Assembly (NCBI GenBank): GCA_963816355.1
Contig: CAWFKH010000003.1
Span: forward strand, 992,001 to 1,056,000
DNA length: 64,000 nucleotides
Reading direction: 5' to 3'
Origin: an uncultured Gemmatimonadales bacterium
GTDB taxonomy: Bacteria; Gemmatimonadota; Gemmatimonadetes; Longimicrobiales; RSA9
The translations under genes and the position numbers were made by a program. The first letter of the stretch is position 1; each line of letters starts with the position of its first letter. The notes under the pieces are model-generated. The model did not search any database. It had not been told where the DNA came from and saw only the letters and a list, made by a program, of their open reading frames with translations. Positions 54,383 through 64,000 of the stretch are shown piece by piece.

Positions 54383-55840
54383 ATGGTCCGTACCCGCTTC
54401 GCCCCGAGCCCTACCGGCAGCCTCCACGTCGGCAACGCGCGCATCGCGGTGCTCGACTGGCTCTTCGCGCGCCAGAACGACGGCGTCTTCGTCCTGCGCA
54501 TCGAGGACACCGACGCCCGCCGCAACGTGGCTGGCGCGGAAGCACGCATCCTGGACGACCTGCGGTGGCTCGGTCTGGCCTGGGACGAAGGCCCCCAGAC
54601 CGGGACCCCGACGTTCCCCGGTCCCAACGCGCCGTACCGCCAGAGCGAGCGCGCGCGCTTCTACGCCGAGTACGCCGAGTGGCTGATCGCGGCCGGCTGC
54701 GCCTATCCCTGCTACTGCTCTCCCGACGAGCTCGAAGCGCACCGCGCCGCCGCGCTCGCCGCCGGCGGCCAGCCTCACTACCCGGGCACCTGCCGCGACC
54801 TCACCGCCGCCGAGATCGCCGAGCACGAGCGCGCCGGCCGCGTGCCAGCCGTCCGCTTCCGCGTCCCCGCCGCCGATGAGCCGGTCGTCGTCCAGGACGC
54901 CGTGCGCGGCGCCGTCCGCTTCGACCGCGCCGAGATCGGCGACTTCGTCCTCCTCCGCTCCGACGGCCGCCCGACCTACAACTTCGGGGTGGTCGTCGAC
55001 GACATCCTCATGGAGGTCACGCACGTGATCCGCGGCTCCGCGCACCTCTCCAACACGCCGCGCCAGGTGCTCCTTTTCGAGGCAATCGGCCACCCCACGC
55101 CGGTCTTCGCGCACGTGCCGATGGTGCTCGGGCCGGATCGGCAGACGCTCTCCAAGCGCCACGGCGCCCGCTCCCTCGCCGATTACCGCCGCGAAGGCTA
55201 CCACCCCGACGCGCTCGTCAACTACCTCTCTCTGCTCTCCTGGTCCAGCCCCGACGGAGAGGAGTTCCTCACCCGCGAGCAGCTCCTGCGCGACATCTCC
55301 CTCGAGCGCATCCGCGCTTCCGACGTCGTCTTCGACCCCGCGAAGCTGCGCTGGCTCTCTGCCCGCCACATCGAGGCGATGCCCATCGGCGCCCTCGTCG
55401 CCGCCGTGTCCCCCTTCGTGGATCGGGACCGCTTCCCGATCTCCGACGATGCGCTCCCCATCGCCGTGCGCGCGGTCCGCACCCACCTCGCCACCTTCGG
55501 CGACATCGCCGGCCTCCTCGCTCCGTTCGTCGCGACTCGCCACGACGCCGCCGTGGCCGCGCGCTCCGAGCTGCGCTGCGACGACGCCGCACGAACCACC
55601 CTCGCCGCCGTCCGCGACGCGCTCGCGGCGCTCGATCCGTGGGACGAGGCCGCCGTCGAGGAGGCCCTCAAGCGCGCGGGTCGCACCGCGGGCGCCCGCG
55701 GGCGCGACCTCTTCATGCCGGTTCGCCTCGCGCTCACCGGCGAAGAGCACGGCCCGCCGCTCCCGGCGCTCCTCTCCGTCGTCGGCAGGGCCGAGAGCCT
55801 CCGGATCCTCTCCGAAACGGCCGACGATCGAGCCGTTTGA
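54383..55840 (+). CDS. gltX: Glutamate--tRNA ligase
   Basis: RFAPSPTGSLHVGN, LRIEDTD and LSKR. Confidence 0.95.
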   Translation: MVRTRFAPSPTGSLHVGNARIAVLDWLFARQNDGVFVLRIEDTDARRNVAGAEARILDDLRWLGLAWDEGPQTGTPTFPGPNAPYRQSERARFYAEYAEWLIAAGCAYPCYCSPDELEAHRAAALAAGGQPHYPGTCRDLTAAEIAEHERAGRVPAVRFRVPAADEPVVVQDAVRGAVRFDRAEIGDFVLLRSDGRPTYNFGVVVDDILMEVTHVIRGSAHLSNTPRQVLLFEAIGHPTPVFAHVPMVLGPDRQTLSKRHGARSLADYRREGYHPDALVNYLSLLSWSSPDGEEFLTREQLLRDISLERIRASDVVFDPAKLRWLSARHIEAMPIGALVAAVSPFVDRDRFPISDDALPIAVRAVRTHLATFGDIAGLLAPFVATRHDAAVAARSELRCDDAARTTLAAVRDALAALDPWDEAAVEEALKRAGRTAGARGRDLFMPVRLALTGEEHGPPLPALLSVVGRAESLRILSETADDRAV

Positions 55841-55890
55841 CCATTTCCCGCGCGCTCCATACATTGGCGCGTTCTGAGCCCGATCCCGGA

Positions 55891-57072
55891 GTGGATGCGT
55901 TGCGCGAGCTCGTCTTCGATCCCTTCGCCGGCATCAGCGGGGACATGGTCCTCGGGGCCCTCGTCGACCTGGGGCTCGATCCCGATTGGCTGCGGGACCT
56001 GGTGGCCGACCTTCGCGTCCCCGACGTCCGCGTCGAGATCGGCCGCACCGCCCGTTGCGGCATCGACTGCGCCCGCGTCCGTTTCGAGATCCCCGCCGAA
56101 TCGAAGCACCGCCACCTCTCCGACGTCCTCGAGATCGTCGACGCCTCCCCGTGCGCCTCGCGCGTGCGCGAGCGCGCGTCCGACATCTTCCGTCGCCTCG
56201 CCGCCGCGGAAGGCGAGGTCCACGGCGTCGCGCCCGAGCGCGTGCATTTCCACGAGGTCGGCGCCATCGACTCGATCCTGGACGTGCTGTGCGGCGTCGC
56301 CGGCGTGGCGGAGCTCGGCTTCGAGCGCGTCCGGACGCGGCCGGTCGCGCTGGGACGCGGCTGGGTCGACACGGCGCACGGACGCTTTCCGGTCCCCGCG
56401 CCCGCGACGCTCAAGTTGTTGCAGCGGTTGACGGTACGCGAAACCTCGCTGGAGGGGGAGTGTACCACTCCGACAGGTGCCGCCCTCCTCGCCGGACTGG
56501 TCGACGACGCGGACCCGCCCGCGGAATACATCGTGGTGGGCAGCGGCTACGGCGCCGGGGCGCGCGACCCGCGGGCGTATCCGAACTGCCTGCGGGCCGT
56601 CGCCGCGGAAGTCGCGGCCGTCTCCCGCCCGCTCTTCCTGGTGCAGGCGGATATCGACGACATGAGCCCCGAGTACGTGCCTCCCGCCCAGGACGCCCTG
56701 CTGGAGGCGGGCGCGCTCGACGCCGTCGCGACGCCGATCGGCATGAAGAAGGGGCGCGCGGCGCTGCGCCTGGAAGCGCTGGTGCCGGACGAGCGGCTCG
56801 ACCTCGTGCTCGAGACGCTGTTCCGCGCCACGACCACGATCGGCGCTCGCTACTGGCCCGTGACCCGACCGGTGCTGGAGCGACTCGAAGAGGTGGTGGA
56901 GTGGCGTGGCCAGCGGCTGCGCCGCAAACGCGTCCGACTGCCCGGCGGCGGCGAGCGCGTGAAGGTCGAGTTCGATGACGTCGCGCGCGCGGCCGCATCG
57001 CTCGGTATGACGCCGCTCGAGGTCCGCACCTCCCTGGAAACGGAGGGCGCACACCTCACTGCGGACGAGTGA
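55891..57072 (+). CDS. larC: Nickel pincer cofactor biosynthesis protein LarC (nickel insertase family)
   Basis: GISGDMVLGALVDLG, VHFHEVGAIDSI, PVPAPAT, TPTGAA, IDDMSPE and MKKGR. Confidence 0.9.
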   Translation: MDALRELVFDPFAGISGDMVLGALVDLGLDPDWLRDLVADLRVPDVRVEIGRTARCGIDCARVRFEIPAESKHRHLSDVLEIVDASPCASRVRERASDIFRRLAAAEGEVHGVAPERVHFHEVGAIDSILDVLCGVAGVAELGFERVRTRPVALGRGWVDTAHGRFPVPAPATLKLLQRLTVRETSLEGECTTPTGAALLAGLVDDADPPAEYIVVGSGYGAGARDPRAYPNCLRAVAAEVAAVSRPLFLVQADIDDMSPEYVPPAQDALLEAGALDAVATPIGMKKGRAALRLEALVPDERLDLVLETLFRATTTIGARYWPVTRPVLERLEEVVEWRGQRLRRKRVRLPGGGERVKVEFDDVARAAASLGMTPLEVRTSLETEGAHLTADE

Positions 57073-57119
57073 AGACGTCCCCGACGCTCGGGGATCGACA
57101 ACCTTACCTACACTGGAGG

Positions 57120-58502
57120 ATGGAACGGATGAACCGTACTCAAGGGCTCATCCTCGGCCTCTTGGCCACGTTGACCGTCGCCGCCTGCGCGTCCGGCGGG
57201 TCGGCCGGGGCTCAGACGGCCACGCCGAGTGCCGTCGCGGTGACCGCCGCGGCCGCGGACACGGCCGGGAAGCAGTACCCGCCCGGCCTCGCCAAGCCGA
57301 GCGAGACCGAGTTCACGCGCAAGGGCGACATCGCGCTCGTGAAAGCGCAGGCGACCAAGGAGCCGGCAGCCGCGAAGACGAGCTTCCTCGCCGCCGCGCA
57401 AGCGGCCGAGGAGGGTCTGCAGCAGGACAGCCTCAACCCGAAGCTCTGGCTCATCGCCGGGCAGGGGTACGCCGGCGCGGGCGAGATGGAGAAGGCGGAC
57501 CGCGCGTTCGACCGCGCGCTCGAGATCTATCCGGCTTACGAGCCGAACATCGAAGCCGAGCGGGAGTCCGCGTGGATCGCCGCGTTCAACAAGGGCGTGC
57601 AGGAGATGCAGGCCGGTGAGAACGACGCCGCTATCGCCGATCTCGAATCGGCGCAGGCGATCTACCAGAAGCGGCCGGAGGGGCTCCTCAACCTCGCGAT
57701 CCTCTACATCCGGAAGAGCGAGCCGCAGAAGGCGGCGGACACGTATCAGAAGGTCCTCGACCTCGTCCACAGTCCCCTCCGCTCGCAGCTTCCCGCCGAG
57801 GCCACGGCCGACTGGGACAAGTACGAGAAGATGGCCCGGAGCAACACGGCGCAGCTCTACGCCCAGGCGGGCGTAGCCGCCTTCCAGGACAAGAATTACG
57901 ACGAGGCGACGAAGGACTTCGAGAACGCGCTCGAGATCAACAAGTACTACCGGGACGCGCTCCAGAACCTGGCGCAGGTGCTCTACATCAGGACCAACGA
58001 GCTCGAGCCGAAGCTCGATAGCGTCAGCGGCGCGGCGAAGCAGCAGCTCACGCAGCAGTTGAACCAGCTCTACGACCGCTATCGCGGCGTCGCGGAGAGG
58101 GCGTACGAGATGGATCCGTACAACAACAACGTGCTGCTCCTGCTCGCGCGGGCGTACCGCGGCCTCGGCGTGACCGCCCCGGATCAGGCGCAGACGAAGC
58201 AGTGGCAGGACAAGGCGCTCGACATCCTGCGCAAGCAGCAGGCGCTCCCCTTCCAGATCAGCAACTTCCAGGTCGCCATGGCCGACAGCGCCATCAACCT
58301 GAAGGGGCAGATCGAGAACCTGAACATGGACGAGGGCAAGGCGATCACGCTCAAGTTCACGATGCTCGACGAGAACGGCCAGGGCGTCGGCACCCAGCAG
58401 GTCACCGTGAACGCGCCGCCCAAGAACCAGGCGGCCCCCTTCGAGGTGCAGGTGCCGATCTCGGAGTCGGTTCTCGGCTGGAAGTACGAGCTGGTCCAGT
58501 GA
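57120..58502 (+). CDS. TPR-repeat lipoprotein with C-terminal Ig-like (FxLYD-like) domain
   Basis: GGAGG RBS, lipobox TVAAC, multiple TPR-like helices and a C-terminal strand pattern LKFTMLDENGQGVG. Confidence 0.8.
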   Translation: MERMNRTQGLILGLLATLTVAACASGGSAGAQTATPSAVAVTAAAADTAGKQYPPGLAKPSETEFTRKGDIALVKAQATKEPAAAKTSFLAAAQAAEEGLQQDSLNPKLWLIAGQGYAGAGEMEKADRAFDRALEIYPAYEPNIEAERESAWIAAFNKGVQEMQAGENDAAIADLESAQAIYQKRPEGLLNLAILYIRKSEPQKAADTYQKVLDLVHSPLRSQLPAEATADWDKYEKMARSNTAQLYAQAGVAAFQDKNYDEATKDFENALEINKYYRDALQNLAQVLYIRTNELEPKLDSVSGAAKQQLTQQLNQLYDRYRGVAERAYEMDPYNNNVLLLLARAYRGLGVTAPDQAQTKQWQDKALDILRKQQALPFQISNFQVAMADSAINLKGQIENLNMDEGKAITLKFTMLDENGQGVGTQQVTVNAPPKNQAAPFEVQVPISESVLGWKYELVQ

Positions 58503-58525
58503 CGCCGCGGCGCTCGCGTTGAATC

Positions 58526-58556
58526 GGAGGGGGCCGCTCGGCCCCCTCCTTTTTTT
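58526..58556 (+). terminator. Rho-independent terminator
   Basis: GGAGGGGGCC-GCTC-GGCCCCCTCC followed by T7. Confidence 0.9.
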
Positions 58557-58609
58557 CATGTATCTTGCGTACTGCGTCCGCAACTCGAAACCGACCACGA
58601 GGTGAGGCC

Positions 58610-59134
58610 ATGGAAAGGTGTCCCCGCTGCGGCGATACGATCGCCGACAATGCCGACTACTGCCCAGCCTGCGGCCACGTCCTCCGCGCCGCCACCTGCG
58701 AACGCCACCCGGACCGTCCCGCCGTGGGCGTCTGCGTGGTCTGCGAACGCACGCTGTGCCGCGAGTGCGACCATCCCGATGGCGGCGTCCACCGCTGCGA
58801 GACGCACGCCGACATCCCGCTCATCGAAGGCTGGGCCCAGGTCTACACCACCGGCGACGAGATCCAGGCCGATCTCATTCGTGACAACCTCCGCTCCGAG
58901 GGCGTCGAGGCCCGCGTCTTTTCGCAGAAGGACCGCTCCTTCGCCGTCGCGCTCGGCGACCTGAGTCCCGTCCGCGTCATCGTTCCCGCCTACGCCTACG
59001 AGGAAGCGATGGAGATCATCCGCGCCCACACGGATTCCGAAGGCGACGTCGCCTTCGCGTGCCCCGCGTGCGGCGAGGCGGTCGAGCCGGGCACCGCGCG
59101 CTGCCCGACGTGCGGCGCCGCGATCGGATCCTGA
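58610..59134 (+). CDS. Multi-zinc-finger protein (zinc ribbon, B-box-like, DUF2007-like and zinc ribbon)
   Basis: CPRC..CPAC; CERH..CVVC..CREC..CETH; WAQVYTT..ADLIRDNLRSEGV; CPAC..CPTC. Confidence 0.75.
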   Translation: MERCPRCGDTIADNADYCPACGHVLRAATCERHPDRPAVGVCVVCERTLCRECDHPDGGVHRCETHADIPLIEGWAQVYTTGDEIQADLIRDNLRSEGVEARVFSQKDRSFAVALGDLSPVRVIVPAYAYEEAMEIIRAHTDSEGDVAFACPACGEAVEPGTARCPTCGAAIGS

Positions 59135-59273
59135 CGCCGAAGCCGCCCGGCGGCACGGCTCCGAGGCGGGGCCTCGCTTGAGCGCAGCGACCGCTTCGGC
59201 TAACTTTCAGGGTTACGTTGCGCCCGCCATTCCGGGGCGGCCCGACCGGCCGCCCCGCAGCGCGAAGGCACCC

Positions 59274-60557
59274 ATGATCCGAATCGCCGAAATCCTGCCC
59301 GGCTCGATCGCCGAGGAGCTGCGGCTCCGCATCGGCAGTCGCATCGTGCGGATCAACGGCGCGCCGGTCCGTGACGCGATCGACCTGCGCTTCCTCGAAG
59401 TCGACGAGGCTCTGGAGGTCGAGGTGTCGCCGGCGGGCGGCGCGGGCGACGTCGTCTACGAGATCGAGAAGGAGGCGGGGGAGGGTCTGGGCGTGCGGCC
59501 GGAGCCGGACGTGGTGCGGCAGTGCAGCAACAAGTGCGTCTTCTGCTTCATCGACGGGAACCCGCCCGGCGCGCGTGACCGGCTCTTCCTCAAGGACGAC
59601 GATTTCCGCCTGTCGTTCACGTACGGCAGCTACGTCACGCTGACGAACCTGGGTCCGCGCGGCTTCGAGCGGCTGATCGAGCAGCGTCTCTCGCCGCTGT
59701 ACGTGAGTGTGCACGCGACGGAGCCGGCGTTGCGGGAGAGGCTGCTGGGCGTTCCGCGCGGAGGCGACATCCTCGAACGGCTGGAGGAGCTGATCGCGGG
59801 CGGGATCGAGGTGCACACGCAGGTCGTGCTGTGTCCGGAGTGGAACGACGGCGAGCGGCTCGATCGGACGATCGAGGACCTGTGGCGGCTGGGGCCCTCC
59901 GTGCTCTCTCTCTCCGTCGTGCCGGTGGGGCTCACCCGCTACAACCTGGAGCGGCCGGTGCGCCTGCTGCGCGCGAGGGAGGCGGCGACGGCGGTCCGCC
60001 AGGTGGCGGCGGCACGGGCGCGGGCCCTCGCGTCGCGCGGCATCGGGTGGGCGTACGCCGCCGACGAGCTCTTCTTCGCCGCCGGTCTCGACGTTCCCGA
60101 CGACGCGTACTACGACGACTGGCCGCTGACGGAGAACGGTGTCGGCGCGGTGCGTCGCTTCCTGGACGACGTCGAGAGGATGCCCGTGGCGCTGCCGCGG
60201 CTGGCCGGGCGCCGCATCGCGGTCGCGACCGGAACGCGCATGGCGGAGGTGATGGCGCCGCTGCTGCCGCGGCTCGAGGCGGCGACCGGGGCGGCGATCT
60301 CGATCGTGCCGGTGGCCAACCGCTTCTACGGAGCGACGGTCACGACGGCGGGGCTGCTGCCGGGACGCGACATCGTGGACGCGGTGGGGGGCGCCGCGCG
60401 CGCGGGCGGCGGCTTCGACACCGTGCTCGTCCCCGCGGAGGCGCTCAACGACGACGCTCTCTTCGTGGACGACGTTCCGCTCGCCGCCCTGGCTCCCGCG
60501 CTCGGCGCCGAGGTGGTGCCGGGACACGCGCTGGCGGCGACGCTGGCCGCGTTGTGA
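59274..60557 (+). CDS. DUF512 family Fe-S protein with N-terminal PDZ-like domain
   Basis: CSNKCVFCFID, KDDDFRLSF, LSPLYVSVHAT, VPVGLTR and ENGVG. Confidence 0.88.
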   Translation: MIRIAEILPGSIAEELRLRIGSRIVRINGAPVRDAIDLRFLEVDEALEVEVSPAGGAGDVVYEIEKEAGEGLGVRPEPDVVRQCSNKCVFCFIDGNPPGARDRLFLKDDDFRLSFTYGSYVTLTNLGPRGFERLIEQRLSPLYVSVHATEPALRERLLGVPRGGDILERLEELIAGGIEVHTQVVLCPEWNDGERLDRTIEDLWRLGPSVLSLSVVPVGLTRYNLERPVRLLRAREAATAVRQVAAARARALASRGIGWAYAADELFFAAGLDVPDDAYYDDWPLTENGVGAVRRFLDDVERMPVALPRLAGRRIAVATGTRMAEVMAPLLPRLEAATGAAISIVPVANRFYGATVTTAGLLPGRDIVDAVGGAARAGGGFDTVLVPAEALNDDALFVDDVPLAALAPALGAEVVPGHALAATLAAL

Positions 60558-61882
60558 CGGCGCCGCTTCCGGCGGTCGCGATCGTCGGCCGGCCGAACGT
60601 CGGCAAGTCGACGCTCTTCAACCGCATCCTCGGGCAGCAGCGTGCGATCGTCGAGGACGAGCCGGGCGTGACGCGGGACCGCAACCTGGCCGAGGCGGAG
60701 TGGGCGGGCCGCCGCTTCTTCATCGTGGACACCGGCGGTCTCGACGTGGATTCGGACGAGCCGATGACCGCCGCCATCCGGCGGCAGGTCCTGCTGGCGA
60801 TCGAAGAAGCCGACGCGATCGTGCTGGTGGTCGACGGGCGCACGGGGGTGCACCCGCTCGACGAGCGGATCGCGGATGTGCTGCGCCGGGCGCAGCGGCC
60901 GGTGCTCCTCGTCGTGAACAAGATGGACCGTCTGCCGGAGGAGCTGGGGCACCACGACTTCTGGTCGCTCGGTCTCGGCGAGCCGCTCCCGCTGAGCGCG
61001 ATCTCCGGCCGCGGCTCCGGCGATGTGCTCGACCGCGTCGTGGCGGTGCTGCCGGAGAGCACAGCGGACCCGGCGGCGCCGGGAGTGGTGCGCGTCGCCG
61101 TCGTCGGCAAGCCGAACGTCGGCAAGTCGAGCTTCATCAACCGGCTGCTGGGCGAGGATCGCCTCGTCGTGAGCGAGGAGTCGGGCACCACGCGCGACGC
61201 CATCGACACGCCGCTGGCCTACCACGCCCGGACGCTCGTCTTCATCGACACGGCAGGCTTGCGCAGGCAGTCGAAGGTCGAGCGCGGACTCGAGTTCTAC
61301 AGCACGCTACGCACGCAGCGCGCGGTGCAGCGCGCCGACATCTGCATCCAGCTCGTGGACGCGACCGAGCCGGTACACGTCCAGGACCTGCGCATCGCGA
61401 ACCTCGCCTGGGACGCCGGGACCGGTCTCATCCTCGTCGCCAACAAGTGGGACCTCGTCGAGAAGGACACGATGACGGCGGTCCACTACGAGCGCTCGCT
61501 CCACGCGCGCGTCCCGTTCCTGCGGTGGGTGCCGACGCTCTTCGCCTCCGCGCTCAGTGGCCAGCGCGTGCACCGCGTCCTCGACCTGGTGCTGGAGACG
61601 GACGCCGAGCGCCACCGGCGCCTCTCCACCAACGAGGTCACGGAAACCGTGCGCGCGCTGGCGGAGCGACAGTCACCCCCGCATTTTCAGGGGAAGCCGG
61701 TCAACTTCTATTATGCGACGCAGGTCGGGGAAGCGCCGCCCCAGTTCGTCGTCTTCACGAACCGGCCCAAGGGCATCACGGAGGGGTACGCGCGCTTCCT
61801 CCACAACGGCTTCCGCGAGCGCTGGGGCTTCGTCGGCACGCCGATCCGCTTCCGCTTCCGGGGCCGCAAGGAGACGCCGTAA
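60554..61882 (+). CDS. der: Ribosome biogenesis GTPase Der (EngA)
   Basis: Tandem G domains GRPNVGKST and GKPNVGKSS with a KH-like C-terminus. Confidence 0.96.
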   Translation: MTAPLPAVAIVGRPNVGKSTLFNRILGQQRAIVEDEPGVTRDRNLAEAEWAGRRFFIVDTGGLDVDSDEPMTAAIRRQVLLAIEEADAIVLVVDGRTGVHPLDERIADVLRRAQRPVLLVVNKMDRLPEELGHHDFWSLGLGEPLPLSAISGRGSGDVLDRVVAVLPESTADPAAPGVVRVAVVGKPNVGKSSFINRLLGEDRLVVSEESGTTRDAIDTPLAYHARTLVFIDTAGLRRQSKVERGLEFYSTLRTQRAVQRADICIQLVDATEPVHVQDLRIANLAWDAGTGLILVANKWDLVEKDTMTAVHYERSLHARVPFLRWVPTLFASALSGQRVHRVLDLVLETDAERHRRLSTNEVTETVRALAERQSPPHFQGKPVNFYYATQVGEAPPQFVVFTNRPKGITEGYARFLHNGFRERWGFVGTPIRFRFRGRKETP

Positions 61883-62481
61883 TGCCCCTTCCGCTCCTCG
61901 TGGCGAGCTATCTGATCGGGGCGATCCCGAGCAGCTACGTCGCCGGCCGCCTCGCGCGCGGCATCGACCTGCGCGAGCACGGAAGCGGAAACCTCGGTGC
62001 GACCAACGCCTTCCGCGTCCTCGGCTGGCGCGTCGCCCTGCCGGTCCTCGTCTTCGACCTTTCCAAAGGCTGGTTTCCGACCTTCTTCTTCCCGCGCTGG
62101 GATGGCGCGCCCGCGCTGTGGGCGCTCGCCTACGCCGCCGCCGCCGTCATCGGTCACCTCTTCTCGATCTACGTCGGCTTTCGCGGCGGCAAGGGCGTGG
62201 CGACGAGCGGTGGCGTCCTCCTCGCGCTCGCTCCGCTCGCCGTCCTCACCGGCTTCGTCGTCTGGGCCTTGCTCGTGCTGGCCACGCGAACCGTCTCGCT
62301 GGCCTCGATCGCCGCCGCCGCCGTGGTGCCGCTCGTGGTGGCGCTGACCGCCGGCGCGACCCCGGTCTTCTGGCTGTGCGCCGCACTCGCCGCCCTGGTG
62401 ATCTTCGCCCACCGAGGCAACATCCGTCGCCTGCTGCGCGGCGAGGAGCCCAGGGTCGGCGGCCCGGAGGCGGCGCAGTGA
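61882..62481 (+). CDS. plsY: Glycerol-3-phosphate acyltransferase PlsY
   Basis: GSGNLGATNAFR, FRGGKGVAT and HRGNIRRL. Confidence 0.95.
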   Translation: MPLPLLVASYLIGAIPSSYVAGRLARGIDLREHGSGNLGATNAFRVLGWRVALPVLVFDLSKGWFPTFFFPRWDGAPALWALAYAAAAVIGHLFSIYVGFRGGKGVATSGGVLLALAPLAVLTGFVVWALLVLATRTVSLASIAAAAVVPLVVALTAGATPVFWLCAALAALVIFAHRGNIRRLLRGEEPRVGGPEAAQ

Positions 62482-63485
62482 GGGAGCGCGTGGGGGTGAT
62501 CGGAGCGGGGAGCTGGGGCACCGCGCTCTCGGACCTGCTCGCGCGCAACGGCCACGCGGTCACGCTCTGGTCGTTCGAGCCGGACGTGGCGGAAACGATC
62601 AACACGGCGCGCATGAACACGCGCTACCTCGATGGCGTCCCACTCGCCGCTTCGTTGCGAGCGACGGCCACGCTCGCGGACGCGGTCACGGGCGCGACGA
62701 TCGTCGTCTCGGTGAGCCCATCGCAGCACGTGCGGCGCCTGGTCGCGGAGGCGGCGCCGTCGATCGACGCGGACGCACTGGTGGTGAGCGCGTCGAAGGG
62801 CATCGAGACGCGCACGCGCCAGACGATGGCGGAGGTCCTCGACGAGGTGCTTCCGGTGCCGGTCGCCGGACGCTCCGTCTTCCTCTCCGGACCGAGCTTC
62901 GCGCTCGAGGTCGCCCGCGGCATGCCGACGGCCGTCGTCGTCGCGAGCCGCTCGCCGGAAGCGGCCGAGCGCGCCCAGCGGGTCTTCCAGTGCGAGCGCT
63001 TCCGTGTCTACACGAACCCGGACGTGGTGGGCGTCGAGCTGGGCGGGGCGCTGAAGAACGTCATGGCGCTCGCGGCGGGCATGGTCGTCGGCCTCGGCCT
63101 CGGACACAACGCGCTGGCGGCGCTGATCACCCGCGGCCTGGCGGAGATGACGCGACTCGGCGTGGCCCTCGGCGCCCATCCCCGAACGCTCGCCGGCCTC
63201 GCCGGGATGGGCGATCTGATCCTCACCTGCACCGGCGACCTGAGCCGCAACCGGCGCGTGGGGGTGGAGCTCGGCCAGGGCCGCGCCCTCCAGGAGATCC
63301 TGGCCGCCATGACAATGGTCGCCGAAGGCGTAGAGACGACGAAAGCCGCGCACGAACTGGCGCACCGACACGACGTCGACATGCCGATCGTCGCGGAAGT
63401 CCACGCCGTACTCACCGAGGGCCGCTCGCCTTCGGAAGCGGTCGAGAACCTGATGACCCGGGAGCCGAAACCGGAGCTTCGATGA
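62478..63485 (+). CDS. gpsA: NAD(P)H-dependent glycerol-3-phosphate dehydrogenase
   Basis: [26 protein letters not shown] and [10 protein letters not shown]. Confidence 0.95.
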   Translation: MRERVGVIGAGSWGTALSDLLARNGHAVTLWSFEPDVAETINTARMNTRYLDGVPLAASLRATATLADAVTGATIVVSVSPSQHVRRLVAEAAPSIDADALVVSASKGIETRTRQTMAEVLDEVLPVPVAGRSVFLSGPSFALEVARGMPTAVVVASRSPEAAERAQRVFQCERFRVYTNPDVVGVELGGALKNVMALAAGMVVGLGLGHNALAALITRGLAEMTRLGVALGAHPRTLAGLAGMGDLILTCTGDLSRNRRVGVELGQGRALQEILAAMTMVAEGVETTKAAHELAHRHDVDMPIVAEVHAVLTEGRSPSEAVENLMTREPKPELR

Positions 63486-63883
63486 TGAACGAACCGCGTA
63501 CACCGCCTTTCTCACCACCGGACCCGATCGCGCACCGGGAGTACTACTCGATCGGCGAGGTGTGCGAGCTGGTCGGCCTGAAGCCGCACGTGCTGCGCTA
63601 CTGGGAGAGCCAGTTCCCGGTGCTGAACCCGTCGAAGAACCGGTCGGGCAATCGGGTCTTCCAGCGCAAGGAGATCAAGCTGATCCTGCTCGTCAAGAAT
63701 CTGCTCTATACCGAGAAGTACACGATCGAGGGGGCGCGGCAGAAGCTGGAGCAGGAGCGCCGCGGGGGTCAGATACGGCCCGCGATGGAGCGGACGCTGG
63801 AGCCGGAGCTGTTGGCGGTGCTGCGCCAGGAGCTGATCGAGCTCGAGGAGCTGCTCGGAAGGGAGCGGATCGGCGGCACATGA
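63482..63883 (+). CDS. MerR-family transcriptional regulator
   Basis: [25 protein letters not shown] and YTIEGAR. Confidence 0.9.
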   Translation: MMNEPRTPPFSPPDPIAHREYYSIGEVCELVGLKPHVLRYWESQFPVLNPSKNRSGNRVFQRKEIKLILLVKNLLYTEKYTIEGARQKLEQERRGGQIRPAMERTLEPELLAVLRQELIELEELLGRERIGGT

Positions 63884-64000
63884 GGATCCTCGTCACCAAC
63901 GACGACGGCTACCTCGCCCCGGGAATCCGCACCCTCGTCCGCGCCGCGGAGCGCATCGGCGAGGTGCACGTCGTCGCGCCGGACCGCGAGCAGAGCGCGA
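63880..64000 (+). CDS. surE: 5'/3'-nucleotidase SurE (5' fragment, runs off the window)
   Basis: [16 protein letters not shown]...[10 protein letters not shown]. Confidence 0.92.
   Translation, partial: MRILVTNDDGYLAPGIRTLVRAAERIGEVHVVAPDREQSA

Overview
High-GC chromosomal core region of a diderm (LPS-producing) bacterium. Gene content and order are most consistent with Gemmatimonadota, which is an inference and not a database result. The window holds: mlaE-mlaF-mlaD; split heptose genes hldA and hldC; a selenocysteine tRNA (selC); murI, lpxH, lptE, hemC, rph and rdgB; a lower-GC higBA toxin-antitoxin islet followed by a structured non-coding stretch; a tRNA cluster (Pro, Arg, His, Lys); a complete 16S-23S-5S rRNA operon; era and rnr; a GGDDF diguanylate cyclase with a zinc-ribbon partner; prfB (programmed +1 frameshift) and lysS; a long closely spaced run lolC/E-lolD-mcsA-mcsB-clpC-bamA-skp-lpxD-lpxC/fabZ-lpxA-gnnA-like-small ORF-lpxB-DUF374-lpxK-nadB-rlmH-bshC; then murJ, uvrC, gltX, larC, a TPR lipoprotein, a multi-zinc-finger protein, DUF512-der-plsY-gpsA, a MerR regulator and the start of surE. 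Three genes carry apparent +1 insertions that are probably assembly errors. No CRISPR array, transposase, integrase or prophage gene was seen. The best leads are the protein-arginine-kinase/ClpC module inside the outer-membrane operon, an unannotated 45-aa membrane ORF coupled to lpxB, a 146-bp inverted-repeat-bounded element behind higBA, tRNA-Sec, and a LolB-like lipoprotein candidate next to lptE. I found no unambiguous novel system.
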